The notes: generated from the sequence alone by a model not told the origin. 62,688 bases of DNA, filler included, from Platydemus manokwari (GCA_037951405.1; 5 parts of 5 records of this genome joined end to end with filler, not necessarily neighbours in it), one strand, 5' to 3'. Counted from the first letter of the whole stretch, positions 28,053 to 41,390 are shown. Translations and numbers: made by a program.

Positions 28053-31000
28053 AGCCTCATTCACATTAATGATTGAAAATTAAACGTGATTTCGAGACAA
28101 CATTATTTATTGGTGTAAAATATCTTTATATTTGATTAGATTTACTTATGGTTGTAATGTATCGTATTTGCATGGATCTAACCGGGATTGTCCTTGATTT
28201 TAATGAGTTTCATGTCACTATTTTTAACAGAACTTACTATGTTCATGCTGGTATATATTTTTCGATTATTATAATAATTATTATTATTATCATTAGAATG
28301 GTTGATCAACTGTGATTTCCATAATTATTGATCTCACCTAGTAACGTTTTTATTTGAAATCATTGATTTATTTAGACTTTCTTCATATTAGAACATTTGT
28401 TTCAAATGAAATTGTTGCTATAATAAATGATTTTAATTTATAGCTTATCAATGCAGTTCTTATTTATCAAAACCAGATTTCGATGATTTGTAATTTGAAT
28501 TTAAATTTTATGAAATATCATTTGATGAAATTTATCTTCCTTTTAAATTAGAATGTAAAGAAAGTATGGATTTACCATTTGCAATGTTAATTACAGAGAC
28601 ACGAATTCGGAAAGAAAATGATTTCGAATCAGCATAATCTGAATCGAGTGAATTCGAATTCAACACCTCTGACCTGAAATTCGTCTCGATCTTAATTTTC
28701 TCAACTAGTTACAATAACCCAATTGCATTTAAGCGTATTTGTGTGTCTATAGTAATGATGTTAATAAACAGTTGCCTGCGTTAGCTAATTTCTACTGTTT
28801 CCGCTTGTATTTTCAACCAGTTTTCAGTGTTTAATGATAGAGTAATCGATTTTATGAGCTGTTTATTATTTTTTTGTATCAAATCAACTAAAGCCAAAAT
28901 TATGCTAAGCATGCACACTTGTAACAAACCTTAAATAACGGCAATACATCAACGAGAGTTAGCCTTTACAATAGATACTCTTTTCATTTGACAAATTTGC
29001 TATCAAATATAGTTAACAAATACCTTGGCAATTACCTTTACAAATATTACTACAATCACTTCATGGTATTAGACTCCCATCGTATCGTTATACATTTTCG
29101 TGATTACCTTATTTTGATAATATTATACAATATAAAATTATTATTAATATTAGTACTATAATATTATAATTTTTTCCTATAATTAATAGCAACAATTATT
29201 GTGTTTAACATCTAACTTTGACTATAATTTTATTTAATGATTAATTAACTGTTACGTTTACAAAAAAATTATTTAATGTAAGAGAATCTAATGCAGGAAG
29301 TCATATAATAAAATCTGCAAGCAATATTCAATAAAACCCAAGAAAAGTCTTTAAATAAATGCATCAATGATAAAAATTAATTTTTATTGTTTATGAATGT
29401 GTCTGAAATAGAACCGAACTACCAATATCATTGTTTTCAAAAATTATTTATAAATACATTACAACCTATTAAATTTATAAATAAAATTTATATTATTATT
29501 GCCGAAGTTTTTCATATTTTTCTTGAAGAACTAAAATTTCATTATCAATCAGATCTAAATGTTCAAAAATCATTTCATTAATTAGTTCTTTAATAATGGA
29601 CTTAAATGTAAAAAAGGAAATACAACAAGTCATAACTGATTTTAAAAATTTATTATCACGTGATTTAATTGCTAGTTTTCCAGAAATACTGAGATTTTTA
29701 GACTCGAAGAAGACATCATGAAACTGTATAATGAGATTTATGTGAAAGCATAAGCAATAAAATATACATTTTGGAAATAGCCATCAAAATACCGTGCGTT
29801 TCATAAGTCAACGTCTCTAAAACTAAAATGAATATTAAAAGAATAAAAGAATATTTGAAAGGTTTTGTTTTTTCTTCCTTGAGAAATCTGTGGATACCAG
29901 TTTGTGAAGTCATACACACTCATGCAGTTTCTCGTTCATTTGTGCCCTCATTCTCTTTTATAAAATCTACCAGTATTGCATTGTTGTCCTAGCTAATGGT
30001 GCTCGACTTGAATGTTGTTGAAATTCTTGCCAAGCTTTTGCACTAATCTGGTACACTATTACATGGCTAACTAAAAACACTCTATCCACAAGCGATAATT
30101 TGACATCACCAGCTGCTTCCGCCGTATTGTAATAATGCAAATGATTAATAAGAAATAAAGTACGTTAATCAGTGAATAATAATTAATATCAATGAGTATA
30201 AATATGTGAGTATAAATTATATTGTTTTATTTTATTTTAGTTTTAGAGACGGAGACTTATGAATAAAAATTTTCTAACACAACTTATTATTTAATTAAAA
30301 ACAAAAGTTCTCCATAATATTTATCTTGCCTTGCTACTTAATTAAGCTCAATTAATGATTTTCTAATAAAACCTTCGTATGAAATTGAAGTAACACATGA
30401 GTATCTAAAAGAATTTTTGAATTGAAAATCAACTAATTTAGATTTGACAATAAAATTTAACGAATTCTCTATAGCCAGTGATTATATATAAAGCATGTGA
30501 AATTCTTCTTTTCTTGAAAGCTGGACATATAAGATTGACATTCCATGATATATTAATATGATCATTTAAACTTTGAAATCGTGCCAACTGAATTGATTGA
30601 TTGATTAAAAGTTTTCGTCATTTGGATTTCAAATTTTTGCAAAAATATTTTACTTGAATTCATAAAACTATGCCGTAATTAAAAAGCAACCAAATTAAAT
30701 AAATCCAATTATTATTACTTATTTTTAAAACCACGTCGTACTTACAGTTCAATATCAAAAACACCACGTCAAAAAATTAACCGAGGAAAATAAATTTTTA
30801 TATAGCGCATATTATTTATTTAAATATGCCAAGTTCAGACACAACTTAACATTTAAAAATCACTGATTTCATTTGATTTATCTGCAATTATCAATCTCGT
30901 TTGAATTTTTCCTTTGAGGTTATCAATTTAATTTTGTTAAACCGATATATTTACTGACAATTTTATTTCTATCAAAAATGAAAAATAAAATTAATGAGTG

Positions 31001-31367
31001 TCAATTGAAAATAGAATGAAGCTTTTGACCATATCTATTTCCTATCAAGCTTCTTTAGAACATTTTTTTTGTATTATCAAGTAACAATCAAAGTTTATTT
31101 TTACTATACCACAATTCACCCAGAAATCAATATCGTCTTTAAATTCAAAATGAAGAGAATCATAATTGATTATATTTTTATAGGCTTAATATTATATAAT
31201 TTGTTTGTTTCATTCTCATTCGCCACTCATATTCTTAAAATGTTGCTTGGAAATTGTGATTTTTGAGAAACGTGAGATTGGTCACTCCTATTTTTGCTCA
31301 CTTGTGAGAATTTGCATTTCGTTGGAATTCATTGGTACAGTTTTTGTAGTAACTTTAAAAATAATAA

Positions 31368-31545
31368 ATACTGTAAAATCCCGAGTATAAGATGCAGCGC
31401 TTATTAGCTGCAGATGACATTTTTATAAAAATGTATTTTTTAGTCGTATAAACTACAGCACGTTTAGTTGCACCATTTGCGTTAAAAACACATGATTTTA
31501 AAATCAGCAACCTATCATTAAAAAACAAATTTCACCGTGACAATA
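31368..31545 (+). mobile_element. 5' terminus of a pogo/Tigger-like DNA transposon, truncated by the contig end
   Basis: TACTGTAAAATCCCGAGTATAAGATGCA resembles pogo/Tigger TIRs (TA target). An internal echo (GTCGTATAAACTACAGCAC) follows. Confidence 0.5.
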
Positions 31546-31645
31546 NNNNNNNNNNNNNNNNNNNNNNNNNNNNNNNNNNNNNNNNNNNNTTAATTAATTA
31601 ANNNNNNNNNNNNNNNNNNNNNNNNNNNNNNNNNNNNNNNNNNNN
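31546..31645. other. Artificial contig linker
   Basis: 44N-TTAATTAATTAA-44N. Confidence 0.97.
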
Positions 31646-31771
31646 GAAAGATGGGGAAATGTTGTAACTTCCGATGGACATTACTTTGGATAACAGAATT
31701 GTACAAGATTTTCTTTAATAAAAACTCAATTGTTCTAAAAAAATTCCGGTTTTTAAGTTATAGACCCAATA
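31646..31771 (+). mobile_element. 3' end of a mariner element (different family from 1-77 and 41284-41390)
   Basis: Encodes ERWGNVVTSDGHYFG*, the typical mariner C-terminus (RW--V---G-YF). Followed by TIR-like ...CCGGTTTTTAAGTTATAGACCCAATA. Confidence 0.8.
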
Positions 31772-31772
31772 T

Positions 31773-32314
31773 TATGACAGGGTGATAAATTTAATAAAAA
31801 TCTAAGATAAAGTAAAAGTTAATTAAAGTTTAAACAATGTAAAATTGAAAAAATACATAGGTAATACTATACAAATAAGATAAAAAACATAAGTGGACTT
31901 ATAATTGTTAGATTGTTAACTGACGCTAAATATTCAAAGTTACGATTTCTCTGATCACAGTTTGTATAGTTTAAATAAAATCGCTAATGTACAACACTCA
32001 GGATACAAAACTCAACGTCATTCAGAAAACAAAGATCCATAATGAGACCCGAATGATAAAACATTAATAGAAACTAGGGACAAAGAATGTTTGCAGCCAT
32101 CGAGACTCAACTTCTTTTATAGACTTGTCATGAGTTGAAATATTGTTTTACAGCTTTGTCTTTCATTCGTTAGGACCACCGGAGACTAAGTTATTGACAT
32201 ATTTATCTCTCTCTCGCTTGTCATTGACGTATCTCAATGCTAGCTGCTTGCTTTGGTGTGCACAGTGGCATATAAGACTAAAAAGATTTATAAAATGGTT
32301 ATAGCCTGTGCACA
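31773..32314. mobile_element. Possible solo LTR
   Basis: ~540-nt block bounded by imperfect inverted termini TATGACAGG...CCTGTGCACA. No second copy or clear TSD. Confidence 0.25.
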
Positions 32315-32859
32315 TATGAATATTTTTTTATCATGTTTTTATATTTTATTTCATTAAGTTTTGAATTTTTGAATTTTTATCTACTTTATTGTTTTTTCAT
32401 TTCTGTTTATTATACATGGGAAAATGTTCAATTGATATTATATGTGAGTATTATAATATGTGCAATTTATATATTGTGTTGCATCTCATTGTGAAGAAAA
32501 AAAGTTTAATTCAAAAGAAAAATACCATATGAAATATAAAAGGCTTGTTGAAATGCATGGGGATGAAATATCGAGAAAAAATAATTTTGTATATTTAGAT
32601 CTAATCTGAATCTGATTGTGCTTCATGTCTGTGTTGCCATCTGCCTTAAAACACTGAGTAGATTCTGAAAAATATTTACTTATCTTATATTTATTTAAGA
32701 GAATTACTAATTTAAAATAATATTTTTTCATCCGACACAATATTATTGTAATAGCTGCTACAAAGATACTCCACTTGTATAAAATTGTAAAGAACATGAA
32801 GCTATCTTAAAAGAAGTGTTTGAGTGCATTCACGCCACTGGATTGAATTAAATTTTTGA

Positions 32860-34820
32860 GTCATCTGATAAGCAAAGATGGAAAAAAAAAGTTATGCCTA
32901 TAAAAATTTTCAAATTAAAAATGCTCAAGAACCACAAGGCATATCAAAATTAGGATAATTTATAAGCCTCACAAATTACTACGGAAGATTCATCAAGGAC
33001 TATGCAAAGGTAGCACTACTTCTGTATGCAGAGATATTTGGAAATTATATAACTTTACAATGGATCGAAGAATGTCGAGAAAGATTTATGAAATTAGAAA
33101 TAGCCTTGTGTGAAGGCCCTATTCTGCATGACCCGCTAGAAAATAGAACATTTAATATGGATTCTGGCTCAAATTTTGGAGAAATAAGTGCAAAATTAAG
33201 TCATATAAGAGAAAATGGGTAGAAAGTAGTGACAGCTAATGAATTGCAGTTGTTGATGAGTCATGAAAATGAAAGAACCTTTGGCCTTTCACGAATTCGT
33301 TAAATATTTTAGACAATATCGGTGTGGGAAGAAATTTATTGTGCGCACAAATCATAAAGCCTTAGTATTTATTGTCTTTATTAACTCGAAGGGATTATCT
33401 TGAATTGGAGAAGATTGGTGTTTTCAATGCAAAAACAATAATGTGTTTGACAAAGCTAAGAAAACAAAATACTTTTAATCAAAATACTAGTATTGGAGTA
33501 CTATCAACCATACCTGATGTCGACCTGGCTGTTGATAATATCCTTACAAAAATATGATGATAGTGATATTATAAATGAAAATCAAAAATTGAAACTGAAA
33601 TTGCTGATTAAACAATAAAACAACTGAAAAGGATGATAATCCTTTAAAATGACTTATGCATCATAGAGATGCCACTAGTCGATTAATTAAATGGGTCAAG
33701 ACAATCCAATGATATGATATTTAAATCAGTTATAGATCTGAAAAATGTAATGCCAATGCGAGAATTAAAGAAGATGAAATTAACAACAGAAAAACCTTCT
33801 TTAAAATCTTACTTAAAACGATATCGAAATTAAACGAATCAGAACATTACTGGAAAAACGAGGGTACAACAGAACCCAAAACAAATAGTACAACTTGTAT
33901 ATTTTAATAAAGATATATTACAACGATAAAAATATAGTACTAGTGGTATCTGAGAAATATAAACATATCCTTTTCATGCAGTACCATGGCGGTGCATTAG
34001 AAGATCGTTTATCAACGAGAAAGATATTATTGAGACTGACATTGAGCTACAGTCGAACATGATGCTAGATATTAGTGCAAATCTTGTAAAATATGTATAA
34101 CCAGATGAAATACTAGAGCACGAATTAAAGAACCATTGATACCCATACCCATGGAAATGTCAGTCATGAAGTAGAAACTATAAAAGGCAATAAATATATC
34201 ATTGTATTTAGGGATTATTTGACAAAATAATCAGAGACCTTAGCAATTAATAATAAAAAAGCAGAAACAGTTGCATATGTGTTTATAGAAAAAATAGTTT
34301 TTAAGGATTCTTAAGAAATTACGAACTCTCTGTAATACCAATTTTCTTCATGAATAATTGAAAGCTATAATGGATCTGTTTGAGATCCTGAAATTAAACA
34401 CATCATCGTGTCAGCCGCAAACAAATGAAGTAATGGAGAGATTAATTGGCATTTTAATTAATATGTCATCATCGTATACTAGAAAAGCTCAAAGAGATTG
34501 GAATCTGTATACCAAGCCTTCTTTATGCGCATACAAAAACGCAGTGTATGAGGCAACAAGAGAAACACCATTTTATTTAATGTATTTAAGGATAAAGAAT
34601 ATACCTATAAATTTGAATTATCAGGAACTCAGTATATGGACATAGATGATTATAAATCATTATTTCAAGACAAATAATAGTCAATTTAGCCTCAGAAATA
34701 AAAATATCCAAAATAAAATATAAATGCGAGGAAAACAAGGTCGTTTGCGATCAGAAGGCATGTGAACATAAAATTAAAACAAGAGACTTAGTGTATATAT
34801 TTCGTCTCCAAAATACGTAA
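32860..34820 (+). mobile_element. Decayed Ty3/Gypsy pol fragment (RT C-terminus/connection, RNase H, integrase)
   Basis: TNYYGRFIKDYAKVA, W-EEC---F--L--ALC-GPIL, FIVRTNHKAL, GNKYIIVFRDYLTK, QPQTNEVMERL..RDWN..ATRETPFYLMY. Many stops and frameshifts. Confidence 0.85.
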
Positions 34821-36459
34821 ACTTACTAGACAAAGAAGACAACTTGAAAGATTAGACAATTACGACGAGCACTTAAAAATGTTGACCAACCTTACAATGA
34901 CCACAGTCCAAAGCGAAATGCTAGAAGAAGATCACAGCCCTCTAGCTTCGAAGCTGGACGAAATGGTACGCTGAATGGGCCCTAACAAATAAATTGGTTG
35001 ATCAGAGTTTGGGAGAAATTCTTAGCGTATTCCCCGATTGAAAATATGGATGAATACTCTCACTTAAAGAACAGACAATACCACTTCAATGCAAGATCAT
35101 CCTAATCAAATGTTGTAAAATCTGTGAACTGGAAGGATGATTATAGCAAACAAATTTCAAGCATACGGAAATCAAGCGATAACATCTACAACATGAATTC
35201 AAACAAGGAACCAAATTCAACTACACTTGACGAAGAAGATTTCAAAATGATAAGGAGGAAAACACGACGAAACCCATAGTTCAAATCAGAAAATCAAAAA
35301 ACGAATATAAACTTATCACGTATTGACTTTACAAGAAAAATGGAAGAAAAAAATGAAATTCATTCTAAGGAAAAACGGAGACCCCTTATTTCTGCTACTA
35401 TTAACACCGACAAGTCATGGTCTCTTAGCATTGACATCGAATCCCTAAAAGATGAACCGCATCTCAAAACAACTTTAGATAAATTCAGAAAAATCTTTGG
35501 AGAAAGGGAAAAGACAGCAGAATGAAGCTAACGAACATGAAAACAAATGTTAAGGTCCCATCTGTAACCCTAATAATATCCCAGCATTAAAGAATAAAGA
35601 CGCACCATTGCAATTCAAAAATAATCTTCGTAATTATGGAGGAGAAGATAAAGTTACTGATAAAATCATTGGAACACTGAAAGATATATTTCGGCTAACT
35701 AATACATTAAATAATGATAAAAGAAGTAACTTGGACTATCAAAACTCATACAATATAATTGAACTTGGCAATGGCACGGAAAACATAGGGAATCCTAAAG
35801 CCAAATAATTGAAAGAAGTTGATCTCGATATAGCAACCACAAATCACTTGAACCTGGATATCCTCAACACAAATGTAAGCAAGACTAGTATACAAGCTAA
35901 AGAGACGAACCTCAAAATGATTAGCTTAGCTACGCAAACAGAAGTGCTTACAATAGACCTGGAGAGTGACACGAACTCACATTTTACTGAAAAAAACCTT
36001 AAAGTGAATGCGGTAACATCTCCTTTATCGTCATTGAGAATTGATAATGCGATAGAATTGGATAAGTTCTACGGTCCTTCCACAGTCAAAAATAGGTCTG
36101 ATGTTCTCCAATTCATCAAAAGATTTGAATTAGAAAAAGAAAAAATGAAGGACAAGTTCATGGGAGAATATACCAAAAATAAACTCAAGAAATCTATGCA
36201 TCTCAAGAAGAAGCAGTGGACCCAGGGATTAAAGAAATCAAAATAAAAAAATTCACTACGAGTCAAGAAAAAATGCTGAACCTGAACAGGCCATAGCGTC
36301 GACTCCAACAAACATAAACAAGAATCGTTTCCTGTCAACCATCCCCAGCTTAAGGTTGTTAGATAATGAGGAGAACTCTTTGTCTAGTACTGCGAGCTAC
36401 ACAGAATCTGACTTTTAATGGGATCCCACTGGGTTAGGGCGAACAAAAGGACCTCAGTG

Positions 36460-36953
36460 TCGAATACCGAATGGTTCTCCGGAGACCAGATTGATAAAAA
36501 TGTATCAACACATGTTAAGTTAAATGATTGCATGTTCATTAGAAGCTATGTTGCAGAATTAATTACAAATGGAGCCAATCTCAGTGAAGTTAGTATCAAT
36601 CCCATGAAGCTCACATGTAAAACGGTCCTTGCTCCAATTAACATACGAAACCAACACTGGACGCTACTAGTGATATACCATTTGGGGGAGGTATACTTGA
36701 CGCATTGAGTAGTGATGAATTCTTAAATGAAGCTGAAATCAAAGCGAAGAGAATATGCAACACACTCAAATACGAAAACATACTTTGGAAAAACTCAAAG
36801 ATAAAAAGAAACTTCTTTGATAAGAAAGAACGACAATTACAAACAAATAACTTTGACTGCGGCTCATTAATATGCGGCTACATTGATTGCGTAGCCAATG
36901 ACCAATCATTCATAGACATAGACGTCAGAACCATCAGAAGAAAATGTAAATAA
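36460..36953 (+). pseudogene. Ulp1/SENP-like (peptidase C48) domain 1 of the retrotransposon, frameshifted
   Basis: WFSGDQID..PINIRNQHWTLLVI (His 36655), ILDAL (Asp 36699), QTNNFDCG (Cys 36858): the H-D-C triad plus the oxyanion Gln. Confidence 0.85.
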
Positions 36954-37019
36954 AATATTTCAGAAGATTCGATTAACCAATTAACAGGGTGGGATCTGCA
37001 ACTGCAGAAAATCAGGATG

Positions 37020-37480
37020 ACCATATCCTCTTTACAGAAAGACACATGATGGCCTTATGTAAAAAAGAATTTTATAGTCGAAAATTTCTAGTACCCGATC
37101 CTTTTATTGGTAGAGCCATCGGAATAAATGAGATTAAAGATATTTTGGAATTCCTGTCGTTCCAGTATTTCAAAAACAGAGAAATTATCTTATGTTCACT
37201 TCTGATGAATTCTAAACGCTGGATTCTAGTGATAATATTTGTAACAGAAAAATCAATTCAATTGCTGGACCTTAGAGGTGATGATACAGATGATGGAAAA
37301 CAAAATTACTCAGTAATCTAAATAGAAATATTTCCATAATGATATGGAACAGAGAAGGTCTGAAAGAAATTGAGCCTACAAAACTCAGACTCACACAGTG
37401 CAATTTTGGAGAAAGTGGGCCACTGGTATTTGGGTATATGTTGAACATCAGCCATAATTTCCAACTGATGAGAATAAATA
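37020..37480 (+). pseudogene. Ulp1/SENP-like domain 2 with substituted catalytic residues
   Basis: IILCSLLMNSKRWILVII..IQLLDLRG..QCNFGESGPLVFGYM aligns with the C48 pattern P---HW-L-V..YDS..Q-N--DCG-F. His is replaced by Arg (37217) and Cys by Ser (37414). Confidence 0.7.
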
Positions 37481-40329
37481 TAAAGACAATAAAGAAAAAA
37501 GCAAATAAAGCGGTCCTTGAGCATGAATGGAAGGTCAAGAAAGAGGAAAAACTATTGTGCATTCCTGATAATGGCCCAAAAGATACATTTGAATTCAGGA
37601 AATCATTAGCAAAAGGAGTGGCTAACAACTTTACATATGAAACAGTAGATGAAATGTTTAGCAAATACTGTGAATTTATTTGCTGTGTCTGCACAATTAA
37701 ATAATCAAGTAACACACACTTGGATAGAGCTAATGATGAAAAAAGAGGTGAAACTGACCTAAAACTAAGGAGACTGTTTAACCATCTGCTGCCTTTGAAT
37801 TAGCCACGCAATACACAAAAGTCGACTGTCGACATTTCGAAGAAAAACAGAAGCTAAAAGCAGATCTTCCTGATTGTGAAGGATTGTGTACGAAAGCATG
37901 TCAAAAATTTTGTTAACTAAAGAGAGTTACTAAAAGGGGCCAAAATTTTGACTTCAGCATAATAGAACCAGGAACAATTTATAAAACCCTTTGCGAAAAG
38001 GACCCAAGTGCTCCTGGAAAAAACAAGATCAATTATAAAGATATTCTATATGCAGACCCAGAGACAAAAATCATAGACAAGATTTTCACAAAATGTCTAC
38101 ATAACCAAGAAATACCAGTGGAATGGAAAACATATACATTGATGATACCGAAACCCATGAAAAAAGGTCATTATCATCAAGTCAACTCCTGGAGCCCTAT
38201 TGCTCTGCTCAGCTGCAGCTATAAAATTTTCACAACTATTCTGTACAAACAACTGAAAAATTGGATTGATGAAAACAACTTAATACATCCACTCCAGAAG
38301 AGCCTAGGTCCAAATGACGAATGTGCTGAGCGCAACTTTTTACTTCGAGCCATTATAGAAGAACACAGCAAGAAAAATATCGATAATGTTCACATCGGAT
38401 TCTCAGACATCGAAGAAGCCTTTCCTCCATTGGATCTTGAAGCGATGTTCACTATGTTCAAGAACTGTTCATCAACATTGGAACGCTGATGAATAAACTG
38501 GAAAAATGCATTTTATTACCATTGCAGAAATTAGGGGCCTTTGAGTTGTTCGTACCCATCAAAGTGATCTTCTACATGAGAAATTATTGTCACTTATAGT
38601 AGATTACTGCAGTTTGATGTGATGATAAGAAAATATCTGAAAAAAATCCTTAGCTTACCGAAATTTTGCTCATCAAATTACCTCAACTTAACAAAATCAA
38701 ACGGTAGTTGTGGACTACGAAGCATGACGGAGGAGTATACAATACAATCCATCACCCACGCGTATCATCTATTAACTAGCAAACATGAAATGATTAGGAT
38801 GACTGCCATACACTTCTTGTGCAAAATCACTGAATTGAATAACCAAGTTGCGACAATCGAAGAAGAATTAGGTTGGGTTAATTCACATATTCCATCAAAT
38901 GAAAGGAGCAAAACATGGTGGGGTAAAATAAGAGAGATTATTAAATATGCCGCAAAAAAACATATACCACGGTTTCTTTCACTATTATCAATTGTGAGAT
39001 AATGCTTAGAGTTCAACTTTAGCCTTACAATCAATGGTTCCCATCACGAAAGGAATGCCATAGTGGAACCAAAGAAAATCAAAGAAACGTCAAAACTGCT
39101 GAGACAATGTTTCAAATCAGAAATGAACGCTATAGCAGATACTCAGAAGCCATTAGTCCAATGAAGTCAAAAGTGGTTTTTAATGGGCACCTAACTATTG
39201 CTGAATTCAGATTTATTCATAATGCAAGGACGGACAACCTTCCCACTATGAATAAAAAGTACATGAGAGGAATGGCATACAGAAAATGTTTAAATGAAGT
39301 GGAATCGTAAACACACGTCTTCACCTGCTTCAACCATCCCACTCTTTTGTACTCTATAGACACGACAGAATCATGGACATACTGGACAAGGAAATTGTTT
39401 ACAATATGGATTACAGAGCCTTTGTAGGGAAAGAATGTCAATTTACAGAATCCAAATTAAGGGTAGATCTTCAACTAATAAATGATCGAAAATCCACGAT
39501 CGTCCTAGTCGATGTAAAATGCCCCATGGACGAACCTGATTTAATGGCCGAAACAGCCCAAAAGAATATAGAAAAATACACAGACCTCTGAAATGCGATA
39601 AAAAAAAGCGGCCGACTGGACTGTGGAACTGTTCACTTTTGTTGTAGAGTATCTCGGAACTTGGCAAACACAGACGAACGATTCAGTTCTAAAGAAATTA
39701 GGAATGACAACATTTCCAAGACAACATCGACTGGATGACGGAAACAGAATTGAATGAAATGTTGAATTGATTGTATGATTGAACTAGCGAACTGTGATTC
39801 ATGGATTGATCGAAAGAAAGAACCATATATATCCCATATTTTAATGTATGGGTTTCTCGAATATCAATGTTTATGAATAAATATTAATGTGTTTTTCGTG
39901 ATAAATTACAAACAACAGGTAATGTAAAGTTGTTGGGGGCTGGTACTTGATTCAAATTCTTTTGTTTATTATTTTTCACTTGCTTCATAATCTATTTTAA
40001 GATCGATTGTACAGTTGCAAAATGATTCCATCAAAATTAGAAATTGAATTAATTGAAGAATTAAAAACTTATTATTCATATACTAACCTCATTTGGGTAT
40101 ATAAAAGTAGCAATCCAGGAACTCTCCGAAATTGGCCCTTATACCAAGATATCTCTGAAGTATTTACACTAGTCTAGTTTAATAAAAATTAATTATTAAT
40201 GGCCTGATATCGAATAGTGATACACTTGGAAAACAGCATTTTGGATTAATCCCAATCGTGATTTTGGATGGCTCGATGAGGTTACCACTGTAGTGCAGGA
40301 ACTGCTGAAAGGAAAAATAATGGTACGTA

Positions 40330-41040
40330 ATGATTTACTAATCAAATTTAAATATTTAGCCAATTAATTGTAGTTCCAGGTTTCAGGAACCTCAAAATCC
40401 ATGCAAAGGCTATGAACAATACTAAAAATTATATTCGTAAGCAAAACAAATTGCCAAATTGCACAAGAAACTAATTCATTCCTTCTTAAAGGATGCCAAG
40501 CCATGAGATAAATATAAAAAAGTGGATCGATCACTATACACCACCACAAATACTAGGACAGCAAAAGAGAAAAATAACCTTAATGGATTATGATCAGAGA
40601 AAATTGAAAAGTGTGAACACCGAACAGACCGAATGCTCCAGAGAAATAGAAATCTTAATATAAAACGAGCATTTTAGTGGAAATAGCGTGGCAACTATGC
40701 ATAATGTCGACGACATTTGGAAGAAATAAATGACAGAGATGAAATATTCAAAATCAGTACAGAACAGGTAGTAGTAATTGCTAGCGAGATGATAACTAGA
40801 ACAATTGATCACTTGAAATGTTTCATATGACTAGAGACAGAGAACACTCAAAAAGAAACCCAAAAGTCAGTTGGAAAATCGAATATTTCAATTTTCTGAT
40901 TCTGGCAGTTTTCAAAATGTTTGAGACAGTCATTCCCTACGAGCAGACGGGAAACAAATGAGTGTCAGTGAAAATAATCAGAAAGATGAAGTGGACAAAA
41001 TAAAAAATAATGTGGAAGTATTCTACAAACTGCGGTGTAA
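40330..41040 (+). mobile_element. Very decayed LTR-retrotransposon integrase-like fragment
   Basis: Remnants LHKKLIH, TIDH and TVIPYEQTGN (cf. T-PYHPQ-NG) occur in the expected order. No ORF. Confidence 0.3.
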
Positions 41041-41110
41041 TGAGAAAAGAATAAAAAAATGATTCGAATTAATTGACATTTTTAATAATTATTTTGTTAA
41101 TTAATGAATA

Positions 41111-41112
<2 letters not shown>

Positions 41113-41183
<71 letters not shown>
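41113..41183. repeat. (TTA)n microsatellite at the contig end
   Basis: Direct reading. Confidence 0.95.
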
Positions 41184-41283
41184 NNNNNNNNNNNNNNNNN
41201 NNNNNNNNNNNNNNNNNNNNNNNNNNNTTAATTAATTAANNNNNNNNNNNNNNNNNNNNNNNNNNNNNNNNNNNNNNNNNNNN
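41184..41283. other. Artificial contig linker
   Basis: 44N-TTAATTAATTAA-44N. Confidence 0.97.
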
Positions 41284-41390
41284 GATTCAAATGGTCTTTA
41301 CTTTGAAACTTAATTGTTTTCCATTTGTTGTAAAATTATGTTTAAATTTTTAATAAAAAAATCGGAAAGAACTTTTGGTTCACCCTAATA
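41284..41390 (+). mobile_element. 3' end of a mariner element, same family as 1-77
   Basis: DSNGLYFET* transposase end, followed by a TIR ending GGTTCACCCTAATA. 41313-41390 matches 1-77 almost exactly. Confidence 0.8.

Larger units (their letters stand above)
34830..39885 (+). mobile_element. Decayed RLE-type (NeSL/R5-like) non-LTR retrotransposon: N-terminal region, two Ulp1-like protease domains, internally deleted RT, Zn knuckle, restriction-like endonuclease, 3' UTR
   Basis: RT N-terminal motifs SAPG, W---IPK, W-PIAL--YKIFT, QK, D---AF (37990-38465). Thumb GSCGL. FRFIHNARTDNLP; xRKC..HV..C. RHD..LRVD..VDVKCP..K-KY-DL..LGTW RLE motifs (39350-39670). 3' UTR with AATAAA. Confidence 0.88.

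Noticed and set aside
34941-34963. Hairpin TCTAGC-TTCGAA-GCTGGA followed by CGAAA, resembling hammerhead stem II at the retrotransposon 5' end
   Set aside because: No adjacent CUGANGA core, no HDV-like fold could be built, and the region reads plausibly as coding sequence.
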